Assembly (NCBI GenBank): GCA_938005545.1
Contig: CALKXV010000001.1
Coordinates: 37,792 to 101,791 of the forward strand
Reading direction: 5' to 3'
DNA: 64,000 nucleotides
Source of the DNA: an uncultured Rhodobacteraceae bacterium
Lineage (GTDB): Bacteria > Pseudomonadota > Alphaproteobacteria > Rhodobacterales > Rhodobacteraceae
Each line of letters begins with the position of its first letter. Position 1 is the first letter of the stretch. Below are positions 1 through 10,445 of this stretch, piece after piece. The translations under genes and the position numbers were made by a program. The notes beneath the pieces are model-generated. The model did no database searches and was not told the origin of the DNA. It saw nothing but the letters and a program-made list of their open reading frames with translations.

Positions 1-63
1 GCGCAAGATGAAAACAGTCATCCCAAGAAGAACTGATAAAGCAAGACCGATCGAAAACATCAT
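1..63 (-). CDS. 5' end (about 21 codons) of a membrane protein gene that runs out of the window
   Basis: Minus-strand ATGATG at 63-58 is followed by hydrophobic MMFSIGLALSVLLGMTVFILR up to the window edge. Too short to classify. Confidence 0.2.
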   Translation of the reverse strand, partial: MMFSIGLALSVLLGMTVFILR

Positions 64-152
64 CAGCGAATTTGGTTCGTTGAGCACTACAGCATCCCCT
101 AGTCATAATCTGAACAATTTTTGGTCATACGAGTTAACAGTGGGTTAATATC

Positions 153-1532
153 TTACGCTTCGATCGGTTTGTTTTTGCCAAGAGCCGAACGCGCGGCATC
201 ATCTGCCGCCGCAAACGTCTTGCGCTGCCATCTGGTTTCGACGATTGCTCCGCCGCGTTCACCGATGCCTGGGTTACGTTCACCGGTTTCGTGACCATTG
301 GCGAAACTTAATTCTGCGCCGGATCGTTCAAGAAGAGTTTTGGCGATGAACAGTCCCAATCCCATACCCTCGTACCCCGGACGCGTATCCCGACGCCGCC
401 GACCCATAAAGGGGTCGCCAATTCGGTTAATGACATTTGTCGAATATCCGTGCCCGTCATCAGTAATTCGAACCACGATAAAATCATCGTCCCAAAAGAC
501 ATCGACCCAGACATTTGCACGGGCAAAATCAACTGCGTTCTGGACCAGATTGCGCAACCCGTGAATAATTTCGGGACGCCTTTCCATAAAATGTTGGCGC
601 GCGTCCTGATTGGCGGACTTCTTGAAATCGAAATGAAGTGCTTTGCCACGATTGCCATGGGGTTCGGCGGCTTCCTGAATGACGGCTTCAATAGGAGCAT
701 GGCGAACATGCAGATCGTCATTCCCAGCTTGACCCATTGACGTCAGAATGTCGCGACAACGGTTGGCCTGATCCCGGATCAGTTCGGCGTCGTCGCGAAG
801 CTGAGGTTGCGCATGAAGCTCTTCGATCAATTCGGCGCTGGCCAGCTTTATGGTTGCCAGCGGCGTTCCAAGTTCGTGTGCAGCGGCAGCTACCACGCCC
901 CCAAGATCTGTCAGTTTCTGTTCGCGAGCCAAGGCCATTTGAGTCGCAGTCAAAGCTTCGGACATAGCGTTCAATTCATCCGCCACGCGACCGGCATAGA
1001 CCGACAGAAAGATTACACCGATGATGATCGCGACTAAAAACCCGAATTCAAACACATCCGGGATTTGCATGACGACGCCTTCGACGGTCTGCAAGGGCAT
1101 GTGGAAAAAGGCCAGGACTACGACCAATGCGATGGAAAACGCAGCCACACCGGTGGTTGTCTGTGTGTTCAGGGCCATCGCCGAAATGGCAACGGGCGCC
1201 AAAATCAAAAGCGCAAACGGATTGCTTAGCCCGCCTGTCAGGAAAATAAGACAGGCAAGCTGCAAGATATCAAAGATCAGCATCCCGCCAACTTCAGCTT
1301 CGCTGAGACGTTTGTTTTCGGGGTAAATGAAGACGGCGATCAGATTCGCAAGGATCGAGATCCCGATAACCATGAAGCAAAGTCCCACATTCAGATCGAG
1401 GTCAAATAGCCGCAGAGCCACCGTGATCGCCGCCAGTTGGCCGAAAATAGCGATCCATCTCAGAACGATAAGCGTTCTCAGGCGCACCCAATTAGAACGT
1501 GGTCCGTGCAGTTGGTAGGCCGTCTCATTCAT
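153..1532 (-). CDS. regB: Redox-responsive sensor histidine kinase RegB/PrrB/ActS
   Basis: 459-aa ORF with a multi-TM N-terminus and the GGLSNPF heptapeptide typical of RegB. H-box AAAAHELGTPL and ATPase boxes (DDGHG, GMGLGLFIAK) are present. Divergent from senC-regA, as in Rhodobacter. Confidence 0.9.
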   Translation of the reverse strand: MNETAYQLHGPRSNWVRLRTLIVLRWIAIFGQLAAITVALRLFDLDLNVGLCFMVIGISILANLIAVFIYPENKRLSEAEVGGMLIFDILQLACLIFLTGGLSNPFALLILAPVAISAMALNTQTTTGVAAFSIALVVVLAFFHMPLQTVEGVVMQIPDVFEFGFLVAIIIGVIFLSVYAGRVADELNAMSEALTATQMALAREQKLTDLGGVVAAAAHELGTPLATIKLASAELIEELHAQPQLRDDAELIRDQANRCRDILTSMGQAGNDDLHVRHAPIEAVIQEAAEPHGNRGKALHFDFKKSANQDARQHFMERRPEIIHGLRNLVQNAVDFARANVWVDVFWDDDFIVVRITDDGHGYSTNVINRIGDPFMGRRRRDTRPGYEGMGLGLFIAKTLLERSGAELSFANGHETGERNPGIGERGGAIVETRWQRKTFAAADDAARSALGKNKPIEA

Positions 1533-1620
1533 TTAAGTCGCTTTCACAATCATGTAATTTGTATTCCTGTTCGCATCGGGTGATCAATGTGATCGCAACG
1601 AAAGAGCTGGGAATACATCA

Positions 1621-2223
1621 ATGACGAAAATAGCGGCTCTTTTATCGGGTGTGGGTCTGGCGGCGCTGATCGGCGGTACGGCCGCTTACACTCTGGCGTC
1701 TGGAAACGTAGATTGCGATGTTGCGTCTGCGGTGGGCGCCCCAATTGGCGGGCCGTTCGAACTGGTGAATTCCGAAGGCAAGCTGGTCACCGATGCTGAA
1801 GTCATTGATCGACCGGCGCTTGTATACTTCGGGTATACCTTTTGCCCAGATGTGTGCCCGTTCGATGTCGCTCGCAATGCCTTGGCGGCTGATTTGTTAG
1901 TAGAGCAGGGTGAAGACGTCGCAATCGTCTTTGTAACGATTGACCCGGAACGCGACACGCCCGAGGTGTTGGCCCAATATACCGAAGATATGCACCCCCG
2001 CATGATTGCTTTGACGGGGTCATCCGAACAAGTGAAACAAGCGGCTGATGCGTATCGTGCATATTATGCGCGCGGCACAGGAGATGACGAATTCTATCTG
2101 ATGGCGCATTCCAACTTCACATACCTCATGTTGCCGGGCAACGAATTGGCAACCTTTTTCCGTGCTGAAGAGACTCCCGAAGGTATGGCAGAAAAGTCGG
2201 CCTGCATGATTAACGCGGCCTGA
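1621..2223 (+). CDS. senC: SCO1/SenC/PrrC copper chaperone (thioredoxin-like)
   Basis: 200 aa with an N-terminal membrane anchor and the CPDVCP CxxxC motif. Positioned between regB and regA. Confidence 0.88.
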   Translation: MTKIAALLSGVGLAALIGGTAAYTLASGNVDCDVASAVGAPIGGPFELVNSEGKLVTDAEVIDRPALVYFGYTFCPDVCPFDVARNALAADLLVEQGEDVAIVFVTIDPERDTPEVLAQYTEDMHPRMIALTGSSEQVKQAADAYRAYYARGTGDDEFYLMAHSNFTYLMLPGNELATFFRAEETPEGMAEKSACMINAA

Positions 2224-2284
2224 TCGTTTGACCCAAGCCCCTGCGCGCCTTACCTATCAGTAAGTCAACGCAGAAAGAAAAACG

Positions 2285-2824
2285 ATGGCTGCACTTGGTC
2301 CTGACCCAACTCTGTTAATTGTCGACGACGATGAACCGTTCCTGAAGCGCCTTGCCAGAGCGATGGAGAAACGCGGTTTCGAAGTTGAAACGGCTGATTC
2401 CGTGGCTGGTGGTACAGCGATTGCAACCGCGCGCCCTCCCGCCTATGCCGTTGTTGATCTGCGGCTTGAAGACGGCAACGGGCTTGATGTTGTTGAACGC
2501 ATTCGTGAAAAACGTGAAGATAGCCGGATCGTTGTTTTGACTGGCTATGGTGCCATTGCGACCGCAGTTGCGGCTGTAAAGATTGGTGCAACCGATTATT
2601 TGTCGAAACCTGCTGACGCCAACGATGTGACCGCCGCACTTTTGGCAACCGATGACGAACTTCCGCCGCCTCCAGAAAACCCGATGAGCGCGGATCGCGT
2701 ACGTTGGGAGCACATACAGCGTGTCTATGAATTATGTGATCGAAACGTCAGCGAAACAGCGCGCCGCCTAAATATGCACCGCCGAACCTTGCAGCGCATT
2801 CTGGCAAAACGGTCGCCTCGATAG
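2285..2824 (+). CDS. regA: Global redox response regulator RegA/PrrA/ActR
   Basis: 179 aa with a receiver domain (LLIVDDDEPF...) and the conserved C-terminal HTH NVSETARRLNMHRRTLQRILAKR. Confidence 0.92.
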   Translation: MAALGPDPTLLIVDDDEPFLKRLARAMEKRGFEVETADSVAGGTAIATARPPAYAVVDLRLEDGNGLDVVERIREKREDSRIVVLTGYGAIATAVAAVKIGATDYLSKPADANDVTAALLATDDELPPPPENPMSADRVRWEHIQRVYELCDRNVSETARRLNMHRRTLQRILAKRSPR

Positions 2825-2827
2825 GCC

Positions 2828-3430
2828 TTACATTTCTGACAAAAGTGTATCGTGACGGTCGACGAAGGCGCGCCGTGTTTCAAGTGGCGCGCGCAAAACG
2901 ATGGAAAGTCCATTGATTAGAGACGGATCAGGACGTCCAAAAAACGTGTTGGCTTCGGATGCTTCAAAACCAGCGATTTGGGTTGCCTCAAGCCAAGCAG
3001 ACACTTTGTCAGCACGTTTGATTTTAACTTTTATCGTTTTTGGAATGGTGGTGGGCAATCCGAACCTTAAATGAATGGCGGCAGTCAAACGATCATCCAA
3101 CAAGGAATACCCGGGTCCAACAGCGGACTTAACAGGCGAGATCATATCGCCAATGACGTATTCAGGCGCGTCGTGCAAAAGCGCGGCCAAACGCCATTTG
3201 GCGGGTGCAGTGGGTACAATCCGGCCAAACAGCTGTTCGACCAAAAGCGAGTGTTCGGCCACAGAATAGGGGAAATCGCCTCGTGTTTGCCCGTTCCACC
3301 GCGCCACAAACGCCAGTCCATGCGCAATGTCGTCAATTTCAATGTCGACGGGCGTTGGATCCAATAGATCAAGCCTCCGCCCGGACAACATTCGCTGCCA
3401 TGCCCGCGGTTCATTTTTCTTCGCCACCAT
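2828..3430 (-). CDS. HD-domain phosphohydrolase (YfbR-like 5'-nucleotidase family)
   Basis: HD motif region LHDAPEYVIGDMISPVK. The ORF is open to a GTG at 3523, but ATG 3430 (MVAKKNEPRAWQRMLSG) fits the usual family N-terminus. The start is uncertain. Confidence 0.7.
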   Translation of the reverse strand: MVAKKNEPRAWQRMLSGRRLDLLDPTPVDIEIDDIAHGLAFVARWNGQTRGDFPYSVAEHSLLVEQLFGRIVPTAPAKWRLAALLHDAPEYVIGDMISPVKSAVGPGYSLLDDRLTAAIHLRFGLPTTIPKTIKVKIKRADKVSAWLEATQIAGFEASEANTFFGRPDPSLINGLSIVLRAPLETRRAFVDRHDTLLSEM

Positions 3431-3732
3431 GGATTGGTTTTTTATGGCAACGACTAAATGGTCAAGAGTCCTTGTTACAACAGAACACGTCAATGTGCTG
3501 CTTCGTTCGTTGAAAGCAGGCACATTTATAGCTAATTTTTAAAAACACGGCACGAAATGCCCGAATTCCGAACGTTTTTCCGGCAGAATTCGCCAATACC
3601 GTTCAATCATAGGGCCGAAAAGGCCAAGCGACTGGTTGCTGTTTGGAAATCGCTAAAAAGTCGTGCGTAACGGTTGAAGTATCGGGAGGTCACATCAGGA
3701 CACAGCGGAATTGCTGTGGAAAGGAGAGACCA

Positions 3733-4026
3733 ATGCCTTGGATTAAAATACTTGCGGTAGCAGCAATATTGTTACCCGGAGCCCTCCACGCTCAATCAAA
3801 CTGCGCAGCACGCGACTCGGTCGTCGATAAGCTTTCCGGAAAGTACGGTGAGGCTTTTTCAGGCGGCGGTCTGCAAAATGCTGGTAGCGTCTTTGAAGTC
3901 TGGCATTCCGAAGAAAGAGGAACCTGGACTATCCTAATGACCCGCGCTGACGGAACGTCATGTATAATGGCGGCAGGCACTAACTGGCGTGATGGTCTAA
4001 AGATTCCAGCAGGCATACCCGGCTAA
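3733..4026 (+). CDS. Small secreted hypothetical protein (98 aa)
   Basis: AAGGAG SD lies 6 nt before ATG 3733. Signal-peptide-like MPWIKILAVAAILLPGALHAQS. No recognisable domain. Confidence 0.6.
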   Translation: MPWIKILAVAAILLPGALHAQSNCAARDSVVDKLSGKYGEAFSGGGLQNAGSVFEVWHSEERGTWTILMTRADGTSCIMAAGTNWRDGLKIPAGIPG

Positions 4027-4091
4027 TCTGATTGCCGGGTCTAACGCTCGGTGTTAAGTGACCCCGAAACCCATTTTAGTGGAGTAGGGTC

Positions 4092-5480
4092 ATGTTACAG
4101 GATTATGTCGTCAAGGATATTGCATTGGCCGAGTTCGGCCGCAAAGAACTTGATATTGCCGAGACTGAAATGCCGGGACTTATGGCGATCCGTGAAGAAT
4201 ACGGTGCCCAGCAACCTTTAAAGGGCGCTCGTATTGTCGGCTCGCTTCACATGACGATCCAGACGGCTGTTCTGATCGAAACGCTGAATTCCCTTGGGGC
4301 CGATGTACGCTGGGCCTCTTGCAACATTTTCTCAACCCAGGATCACGCTGCGGCGGCAATTGCTGCCGGCGGAACGCCTGTCTTTGCGATCAAAGGCCAA
4401 AGCCTTGAAGAACATTGGGACTACCTTGATCGGTCCTTCATGTTCCCAGACGGTGCAAATCTCATTCTTGACGATGGCGGTGATGCGACGCTGTACGTTT
4501 TGCTAGGCGCGCGCGTCGAAGCAGGCGAAACAGACTTGATCGAAGTTCCCACGTCTGAAGAAGAAGAGGCGATCTTCGCACAGATTAAGAAACGCATGGC
4601 TGCAAGTCCCGGTTGGTTTACCAAAACACGTTCAGACATTTTGGGCGTTTCCGAAGAAACCACAACCGGTGTGCACCGTCTTTACGAACTGCACAAAAAG
4701 GGCCAACTGCCGTTTCCCGCGATCAATGTTAACGACAGCGTCACAAAGTCCAAGTTCGACAATAAATACGGCTGTAAGGAAAGCCTTGTCGACGGTATTC
4801 GCCGCGCCACCGATACAATGATGGCGGGCAAAGTGGCCGTTGTCTGTGGTTATGGCGATGTGGGCAAAGGGTCGGCTGCGTCGCTTAGTGGGGCCGGGGC
4901 CCGCGTAAAAGTCACCGAAGTTGATCCTATCTGCGCGCTTCAGGCCGCGATGGATGGCTTCGAAGTTGTTTTGCTGGAAGAAAACCTGGACGCCGACATT
5001 TTTATCACCACGACCGGCAACAAAGACGTCATCCGCATCGAACACATGCGCGACATGAAAGACATGGCCATCGTCGGAAACATCGGCCATTTCGACAACG
5101 AAATTCAGGTCGCAAACCTGAAAAACCACAAGTGGACCAACATCAAAGAACAGGTCGACATGATCGAAATGCCCTCGGGCAGCCGAATTATCTTGTTGTC
5201 AGAAGGCCGCCTTTTGAACCTCGGAAACGCGACGGGTCACCCAAGTTTCGTAATGTCCGCAAGCTTTACCAATCAGGTGCTGGCGCAGATCGAACTTTTC
5301 ACTAAGGGTGATGATTACGACAACAGCGTCCACATTCTTCCCAAACACTTGGACGAGAAAGTCGCAAAACTGCACCTTGATCGGATCGGCGCAAAGCTGT
5401 CGACCTTGGACAAAGAGCAAGCCGACTACATCGGTGTCTCGCCGGACGGCCCATTCAAGCCCGAACACTACCGCTATTGA
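4092..5480 (+). CDS. ahcY: S-adenosyl-L-homocysteine hydrolase (adenosylhomocysteinase)
   Basis: 462 aa. Typical N-terminus [28 protein letters not shown] and NAD site [11 protein letters not shown]. Confidence 0.95.
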   Translation: MLQDYVVKDIALAEFGRKELDIAETEMPGLMAIREEYGAQQPLKGARIVGSLHMTIQTAVLIETLNSLGADVRWASCNIFSTQDHAAAAIAAGGTPVFAIKGQSLEEHWDYLDRSFMFPDGANLILDDGGDATLYVLLGARVEAGETDLIEVPTSEEEEAIFAQIKKRMAASPGWFTKTRSDILGVSEETTTGVHRLYELHKKGQLPFPAINVNDSVTKSKFDNKYGCKESLVDGIRRATDTMMAGKVAVVCGYGDVGKGSAASLSGAGARVKVTEVDPICALQAAMDGFEVVLLEENLDADIFITTTGNKDVIRIEHMRDMKDMAIVGNIGHFDNEIQVANLKNHKWTNIKEQVDMIEMPSGSRIILLSEGRLLNLGNATGHPSFVMSASFTNQVLAQIELFTKGDDYDNSVHILPKHLDEKVAKLHLDRIGAKLSTLDKEQADYIGVSPDGPFKPEHYRY

Positions 5481-5481
5481 T

Positions 5482-6744
5482 CTAACGGATCAGAATTGCT
5501 CGAAAATCATTGACGTTCGTGCCGGTCGGACCTGGCACGAACAAATCCCCAAGCGCTTCAAAAGCAGTATAGGCGTTGTGTGCGCCCAGCATGGTTTGTG
5601 GATCAATGCCCGCCGCCCGTAGTCTTGACCAGCTGTTGCCATCCGCAAATGCGCCAGCGTTGTATTCTGACCCATCGATACCATCTGTGTCAGCCGCCAA
5701 CGCGGTGATTGCCAGCCCTTCGATTCCACCAGAGAAGGACAGCAAGAACTCCGAATTTCGCCCGCCGCGTCCGGCATCGCCTCGCACTGTCACGGAGGTC
5801 TCACCCCCCGACAAGATTACGACAGGGGCTGTAAAGGGGCGGTTCCTCATCCGTGTTTCGCGTGAAATTGCTGCGATGACCTGCCCGACGTCACGCGCTT
5901 CACCTTCAATTGCATCCGACAGAATGACCGGGGTGATCCCGTCGCGCCTTGCGGCATCAGCAGCGGCCTCCAACGAAAGTCCGGCTGACGCAATGACGTG
6001 CACGGTGTTGTTCGCAAAATCCGGGTCATCTGGAGACGGGGCTTCAGGCGCACTTTCCAAGTAGAGCCGGATGTTTTCGGGAAGCTGAATATTGTGTGCG
6101 GCAATCAATTGCCTCGCATCCGAAAGACGCAATTCATCAGGCACAGTTGGGCCAGATGCCACTTGGGAAGGGTCGTCGCCCGGCACATCCGAAACCACCA
6201 AACTGACAACCTGCGCCGGAAAAGCCGCTTGCGCCAGACGCCCGCCTTTTACTCCGCTGACGTGTTTTCGGATCGCGTTCATCACTGAAATGGGCGCGCC
6301 AGACGACAACAGCGCCTTGTTCAGAGCTTGTTCGTCTTCCAACGTCAGATCGTCAGGAGGCGCGGGCAACAAAGCCGATCCGCCGCCGCACATAAGTGCC
6401 ACGACAAGATCGTCCGAGGTCAATCCGGAAACCGTTTCAATCAAAGCAGAACTGGCCTTCAAACCAGCGGGATCTGGCACTGGGTGAGCGGCCTCAAGAA
6501 CAGGCAAATGCCTGGTTGGGCACGAATAACCATAGCGGGTCACGACCAAACCTTCGATATCGTCGCCCCAAAGGTCCTCGAAGGCGGCAGCCATCTGTGC
6601 TGCGCCTTTCCCCGCCCCAATGACGATAGTCCGTCCTTTGGGTCTATCTGGAAGATGCTTCGCCAAGGCTGATTTTGGATCAGCGGCGGTCACCGCAGCC
6701 TCAAACAGGCGTGTCAAAAAGGCTTTGTCATCGGGGTCAATCAT
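5482..6744 (-). CDS. Glycerate 2-kinase / hydroxypyruvate-reductase-like MOFRL family protein
   Basis: About 420 aa with DUF4147/MOFRL-like architecture (IGAGKGAAQMA ... ILSGGETSVTV ... GTDGIDG). Start taken at ATG 6744. Confidence 0.75.
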   Translation of the reverse strand: MIDPDDKAFLTRLFEAAVTAADPKSALAKHLPDRPKGRTIVIGAGKGAAQMAAAFEDLWGDDIEGLVVTRYGYSCPTRHLPVLEAAHPVPDPAGLKASSALIETVSGLTSDDLVVALMCGGGSALLPAPPDDLTLEDEQALNKALLSSGAPISVMNAIRKHVSGVKGGRLAQAAFPAQVVSLVVSDVPGDDPSQVASGPTVPDELRLSDARQLIAAHNIQLPENIRLYLESAPEAPSPDDPDFANNTVHVIASAGLSLEAAADAARRDGITPVILSDAIEGEARDVGQVIAAISRETRMRNRPFTAPVVILSGGETSVTVRGDAGRGGRNSEFLLSFSGGIEGLAITALAADTDGIDGSEYNAGAFADGNSWSRLRAAGIDPQTMLGAHNAYTAFEALGDLFVPGPTGTNVNDFRAILIR

Positions 6745-6775
6745 ACCGACGACATATAGATACAATGAGCGAGCG

Positions 6776-7168
6776 TTAAAACAGCCCTAGTATCGCGCCC
6801 ATAACCGCACAGCCGAACGTTGCATAGCCGCCGTCGATCAGTGTCAACTTGAAGGGCCGATTGCCATAAGCGTTGTTGATCATAATCCAAGGCGAGATAA
6901 AGAACAGCCCGACTCCAAGGCCCGACACCAATCCTTTGGCCAAACTGTCGATACCAGCCATGGCGAAAGTATGGCGCAACATGCCAGCGACTAAGATCAT
7001 TGCGATAAACGCCAAGATGTAAGGAAGTGGGCCATCATTCAAAGGTTTGCCATTTTCATCGACATCGATGCCCGCCGCGACAACCCAAGTTTTGGCCAGT
7101 GTCATGTACCAAACGGCACCAAATGCAAAACCGCAGACTGCGGCCACAATTACGATTAAAAACCCCAT
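6776..7168 (-). CDS. DUF1761-like small membrane protein
   Basis: 130 aa with four predicted hydrophobic segments. The pattern resembles the DUF1761 family. Confidence 0.55.
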   Translation of the reverse strand: MGFLIVIVAAVCGFAFGAVWYMTLAKTWVVAAGIDVDENGKPLNDGPLPYILAFIAMILVAGMLRHTFAMAGIDSLAKGLVSGLGVGLFFISPWIMINNAYGNRPFKLTLIDGGYATFGCAVMGAILGLF

Positions 7169-7230
7169 GGTTTTCCCCTCCCTTGAGTTCGCTTTGACCC
7201 TAGAATGACTTCGGGGCGAAAATCAAACAA

Positions 7231-7644
7231 TCATCCGCCCGAGAGTTCCAAAATGATGTCCCATTCGGCTGGGGTCACGGGTTGTACTGAAAGCCGGGTG
7301 TTATTGGCCAACACCATGTCGGCGAGGCGCGGCTCGGCTTTTACCTGCGCCAGAGTCACAGGCGCATTAAGCGGGGCGACGGCTTTGATATCGACGCATT
7401 CCCACCGTTCGTCATCAGTTGTGCTGTCGGGATGAACTTCGGCACAAACCTCGACGATTCCGACGATCTCTTTGTCTTTCTGCGAATGATAAAAGAACCC
7501 CTTATCGCCGATCTTCATGGTGCGCATGTGGTTGCGCGCCTGATAGTTGCGAATTCCATCCCATTCTTCGCCAACATCGCCTTTCGCCAGTTGGTCTTCC
7601 CAACTCCAGGTCGAGGGTTCCGATTTGAATAACCAAAATGCCAT
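7231..7644 (-). CDS. EVE (PUA-like) domain protein
   Basis: 137 aa. MAFWLFKSEPSTWSWEDQ...GIRNYQARNHMR is typical of EVE/thymocyte-nuclear-protein-like domains. Confidence 0.8.
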   Translation of the reverse strand: MAFWLFKSEPSTWSWEDQLAKGDVGEEWDGIRNYQARNHMRTMKIGDKGFFYHSQKDKEIVGIVEVCAEVHPDSTTDDERWECVDIKAVAPLNAPVTLAQVKAEPRLADMVLANNTRLSVQPVTPAEWDIILELSGG

Positions 7645-7647
7645 GGC

Positions 7648-8607
7648 TCACTCCGTTCCGACAGGGCGCATCAAAAGGGTCTCGATTGCACGCGAGATGT
7701 CAAGTTTGTCGGCAACAACATCAGAAATGGCTTGGATCAGGGGCAGGTCAAGATGTAGGTCACGCGCTTCGGCAGCAACAGTTGGGGCTGTGGCAAGGCC
7801 TTCGACGGTCGTTTCGCCATCAAGAGGCGTGCCTTTCCCCAAGTCGACGCCCGCACGAAAATTTCGGGATTTGTCCGACGTACAGGTCAAGACAAGGTCG
7901 CCAAGGCCCGAAAGCCCCTGAATGGTTTCGACGCCAGCCCCTTTTGCCACAGCAAAACGCGTCAGTTCAGCAAACCCCCGCGCGATCACGGACGCGCGCG
8001 CGCTATCGCCAAGGCCCGCCCCAATGCAGATTCCTGCGGCAATGGCGATCACGTTTTTCAACGCACCGCCCAGTTCAGCCCCAATCACATCGTTGCTGCG
8101 GTAAAGACGAAGCGTTGTGCGCGTCAGATCTGTTTGCAGCTGTTTCGCGGCATAAGCATCGGTGGTGGCCAAGACGATGGCAGTTGGCATGCCATTGGCA
8201 ATATCCACAGCAAAGCTCGGCCCGGTCAAAATGGCAGCGGTATTTTTTGGTTTCACAGACCGCAGTGTGGCAACTGGCCCTAACCCCGAGTTTTGATCGA
8301 TGCCTTTACAACAAGCGATCAGCTTTGCGGTGTCATTGAAGGATGCCCCACCGACGAAGTCCGCCAGTTTTTGCGCAGGGATCGCTAGCAAACAGACATC
8401 TGCACCAAAAGCATCTCTGTCGGCGGTTATTTTCAGCGTGTCCGGCAAATTGTACCCGGGCAACCGTTTGCCGGATTGACGTTTCGACTGCATGGCGTCG
8501 GCGTCGCTTATGTCACGCGACCAAAGCGTGATCTCGGTACCATCGCGGGCCAAGGCAATGGCCAATGCCGTGCCAAATGCACCTGCGCCAAGGACCGAAA
8601 TTCTCAT
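7648..8607 (-). CDS. gpsA: NAD(P)H-dependent glycerol-3-phosphate dehydrogenase
   Basis: 319 aa with Rossmann motif [16 protein letters not shown]. Its start overlaps the tsaD stop by 4 nt. Confidence 0.9.
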   Translation of the reverse strand: MRISVLGAGAFGTALAIALARDGTEITLWSRDISDADAMQSKRQSGKRLPGYNLPDTLKITADRDAFGADVCLLAIPAQKLADFVGGASFNDTAKLIACCKGIDQNSGLGPVATLRSVKPKNTAAILTGPSFAVDIANGMPTAIVLATTDAYAAKQLQTDLTRTTLRLYRSNDVIGAELGGALKNVIAIAAGICIGAGLGDSARASVIARGFAELTRFAVAKGAGVETIQGLSGLGDLVLTCTSDKSRNFRAGVDLGKGTPLDGETTVEGLATAPTVAAEARDLHLDLPLIQAISDVVADKLDISRAIETLLMRPVGTE

Positions 8608-9683
8608 GCCTTAGCTCCCTTTTTTCCCGACCCGATCAAAGCCGGTTGCTGATCGTCCAAAGGCCACCGTGGTCGTGCAATCAATGGGTCTAAACCCTTG
8701 TGACCGATCCGATCCAGCTCGACACCTGCCCATGCGATCATTGCGGCGTTGTCGGTGCAAAGGGCAAGGGGTGGAGCCACGAACTGAAGGCCTTGGTATT
8801 GGGCGATGGTCTTTAAACTGGCGCGTATGGCCGAATTGGCCGCGACGCCACCAGCCACTGCAATAACCGGCTTGGCGGGGGCGTCTTCCAAATATAGCTC
8901 GACAGCACGCGCCGTCTTCTGCGCCAAAACGTCGGCGACAGCAGTTTGAAAACCTGCGCAAAGATCCGCCCGATCCTGTTCCGTCAATCCATTTCGAGCG
9001 GTGATCAAACTATCCCTTTCGCGGATTAGGGCAGTTTTTAGCCCGGAAAAACTCATGTCACACCCCGGCCGGTCCAGCAAAGGGCGCGGAAATCGGAACC
9101 TGTTCGGCGCGCCGGATTTCGCCGCGCGCTCAACCACAGGTCCGCCCGGTTGGCCAAGACCCAAAGCGCGTGCCGTCTTGTCAAATGCTTCGCCGGGCGC
9201 GTCATCAATCGTACCGCCAAGCCGGTGAAATTCGTTCGGGCCACGCACAATCAACAACTGACAGTGACCACCGGAAACGAGCAGCATGAGGTATGGAAAC
9301 ACGACGCCATCAGTCAAACGGGGAGTCAACGCATGACCCGCCAAATGATTCACGCCGATTAGTGGCTTTCCTGTCCCCGTCGCAATACCTTGCGCGCACA
9401 TCACACCCGACAGAACGCCGCCGATCAAACCCGGCCCGGCAGTAACGGCGATGGCATCAATTTGTGACAGGGATGTTCTGGCCTGTTCCAAAGCGGTTTC
9501 AACCGCGATGTCCAGTTTTTCGGTATGCGCGCGGGCTGCAATTTCTGGTACCACACCGCCGAAGGCCGCGTGCAGGGCGCCCTGATCCACGACGATTGAG
9601 GACAGGATTTCGCCATCCGAAGACACAACGGCTGCTGCGGTGTCGTCGCAACTAGATTCGATGCCAAGGAAAAGCTTTGCCAT
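8604..9683 (-). CDS. tsaD: tRNA N6-adenosine threonylcarbamoyltransferase TsaD (Gcp)
   Basis: [20 protein letters not shown] ... [10 protein letters not shown]. The ORF is open to 9746, but ATG 9683 matches the family N-terminus. Confidence 0.9.
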   Translation of the reverse strand: MAKLFLGIESSCDDTAAAVVSSDGEILSSIVVDQGALHAAFGGVVPEIAARAHTEKLDIAVETALEQARTSLSQIDAIAVTAGPGLIGGVLSGVMCAQGIATGTGKPLIGVNHLAGHALTPRLTDGVVFPYLMLLVSGGHCQLLIVRGPNEFHRLGGTIDDAPGEAFDKTARALGLGQPGGPVVERAAKSGAPNRFRFPRPLLDRPGCDMSFSGLKTALIRERDSLITARNGLTEQDRADLCAGFQTAVADVLAQKTARAVELYLEDAPAKPVIAVAGGVAANSAIRASLKTIAQYQGLQFVAPPLALCTDNAAMIAWAGVELDRIGHKGLDPLIARPRWPLDDQQPALIGSGKKGAKA

Positions 9684-9758
9684 AGGTGTGTGGGTTGCCT
9701 GAGTGCTGCGGTGCAGGTAACACCGGACGATACGGCATTCAAGCAAGGCACGCGACTG

Positions 9759-10436
9759 ATGGTGGAACGACCGCGTCTGTTATTGATCCGCCCAAAGGTG
9801 CAATCCTTGGCATTTCTGGCCGATTGCGAAGCGCGCCTTGGTCGTCGGATCGACGCCGTTGTGTCACCGATCATCGACATCGAACCCATTGGTGAGATCC
9901 CGGATCTTGATGGGTATGGAACGGTGATCTTCACATCCAGCAATGCGGTGCGGCAGATGTCTGAGAATTTGAAAGGCCGGCTCGTTGCCACGGTCGGGGA
10001 TGCCACAGCTGAACTTGCCCGGTCGCTTGGTGCCGATGCGACGGTGTTCGGCGAAACCGCCAACGATCTTTTGGACCGTGCCGAAGCCTTGGTTCCGCCA
10101 GTGCTGATTTGTCGGGGCGTGCATGCCCGTGTCGATCTACAAGCCGAATTGACCGCACGTGGCGTCGCCGCGACTAGCGTGATTGTCTACGATCAAGTGG
10201 CGCGATCTCTGACGCCTTTGGCGGTGGACCTGTTAAGTGGATCAAACCCGGTGATCCTTCCGCTGTTTTCGCCACGAAGCGCAATGTTGTTATCCCGGGA
10301 ACCACTCAGGGCACCCATGAATGTCATCGCGATCAGCGAAGCAGTAAAAGCCGCATGGACGGGCGCATCCATCGCTCGTGTCGCCAAAGAGCCCAATTCG
10401 AAAGCAGTCTGCGATCTTGTGACCGAGGCACTTTGA
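9759..10436 (+). CDS. hemD: Uroporphyrinogen-III synthase
   Basis: About 225 aa of HemD-like sequence (LLLIRP..., [11 protein letters not shown]). Divergent from tsaD. The start (9690 or 9759) is uncertain. Confidence 0.7.
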   Translation: MVERPRLLLIRPKVQSLAFLADCEARLGRRIDAVVSPIIDIEPIGEIPDLDGYGTVIFTSSNAVRQMSENLKGRLVATVGDATAELARSLGADATVFGETANDLLDRAEALVPPVLICRGVHARVDLQAELTARGVAATSVIVYDQVARSLTPLAVDLLSGSNPVILPLFSPRSAMLLSREPLRAPMNVIAISEAVKAAWTGASIARVAKEPNSKAVCDLVTEAL

Positions 10437-10445
10437 CCTGTCGCC

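Noticed and set aside
1533-1620. RegA-type binding site in the regB/senC divergent promoter (GTGATCAATGTGATCGC)
   Set aside because: I could not match it convincingly to the published degenerate RegA consensus by eye. The direct GTGATC repeat alone is insufficient.
4027-4091. Possible SAH riboswitch upstream of ahcY
   Set aside because: Only 65 nt are available. I see no SAH-riboswitch-like pseudoknot or helices. That motif class is mainly reported outside alphaproteobacteria.
7638-8339. 233-aa plus-strand ORF antisense to gpsA
   Set aside because: The Arg/Gln/Pro-rich translation is implausible, and the opposite strand encodes a textbook GpsA.
9425-10063. 212-aa minus-strand ORF spanning the tsaD start and hemD
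   Set aside because: It overlaps two well-supported genes on both strands and crosses their intergenic region. The composition is Ser/Arg/Pro-rich.
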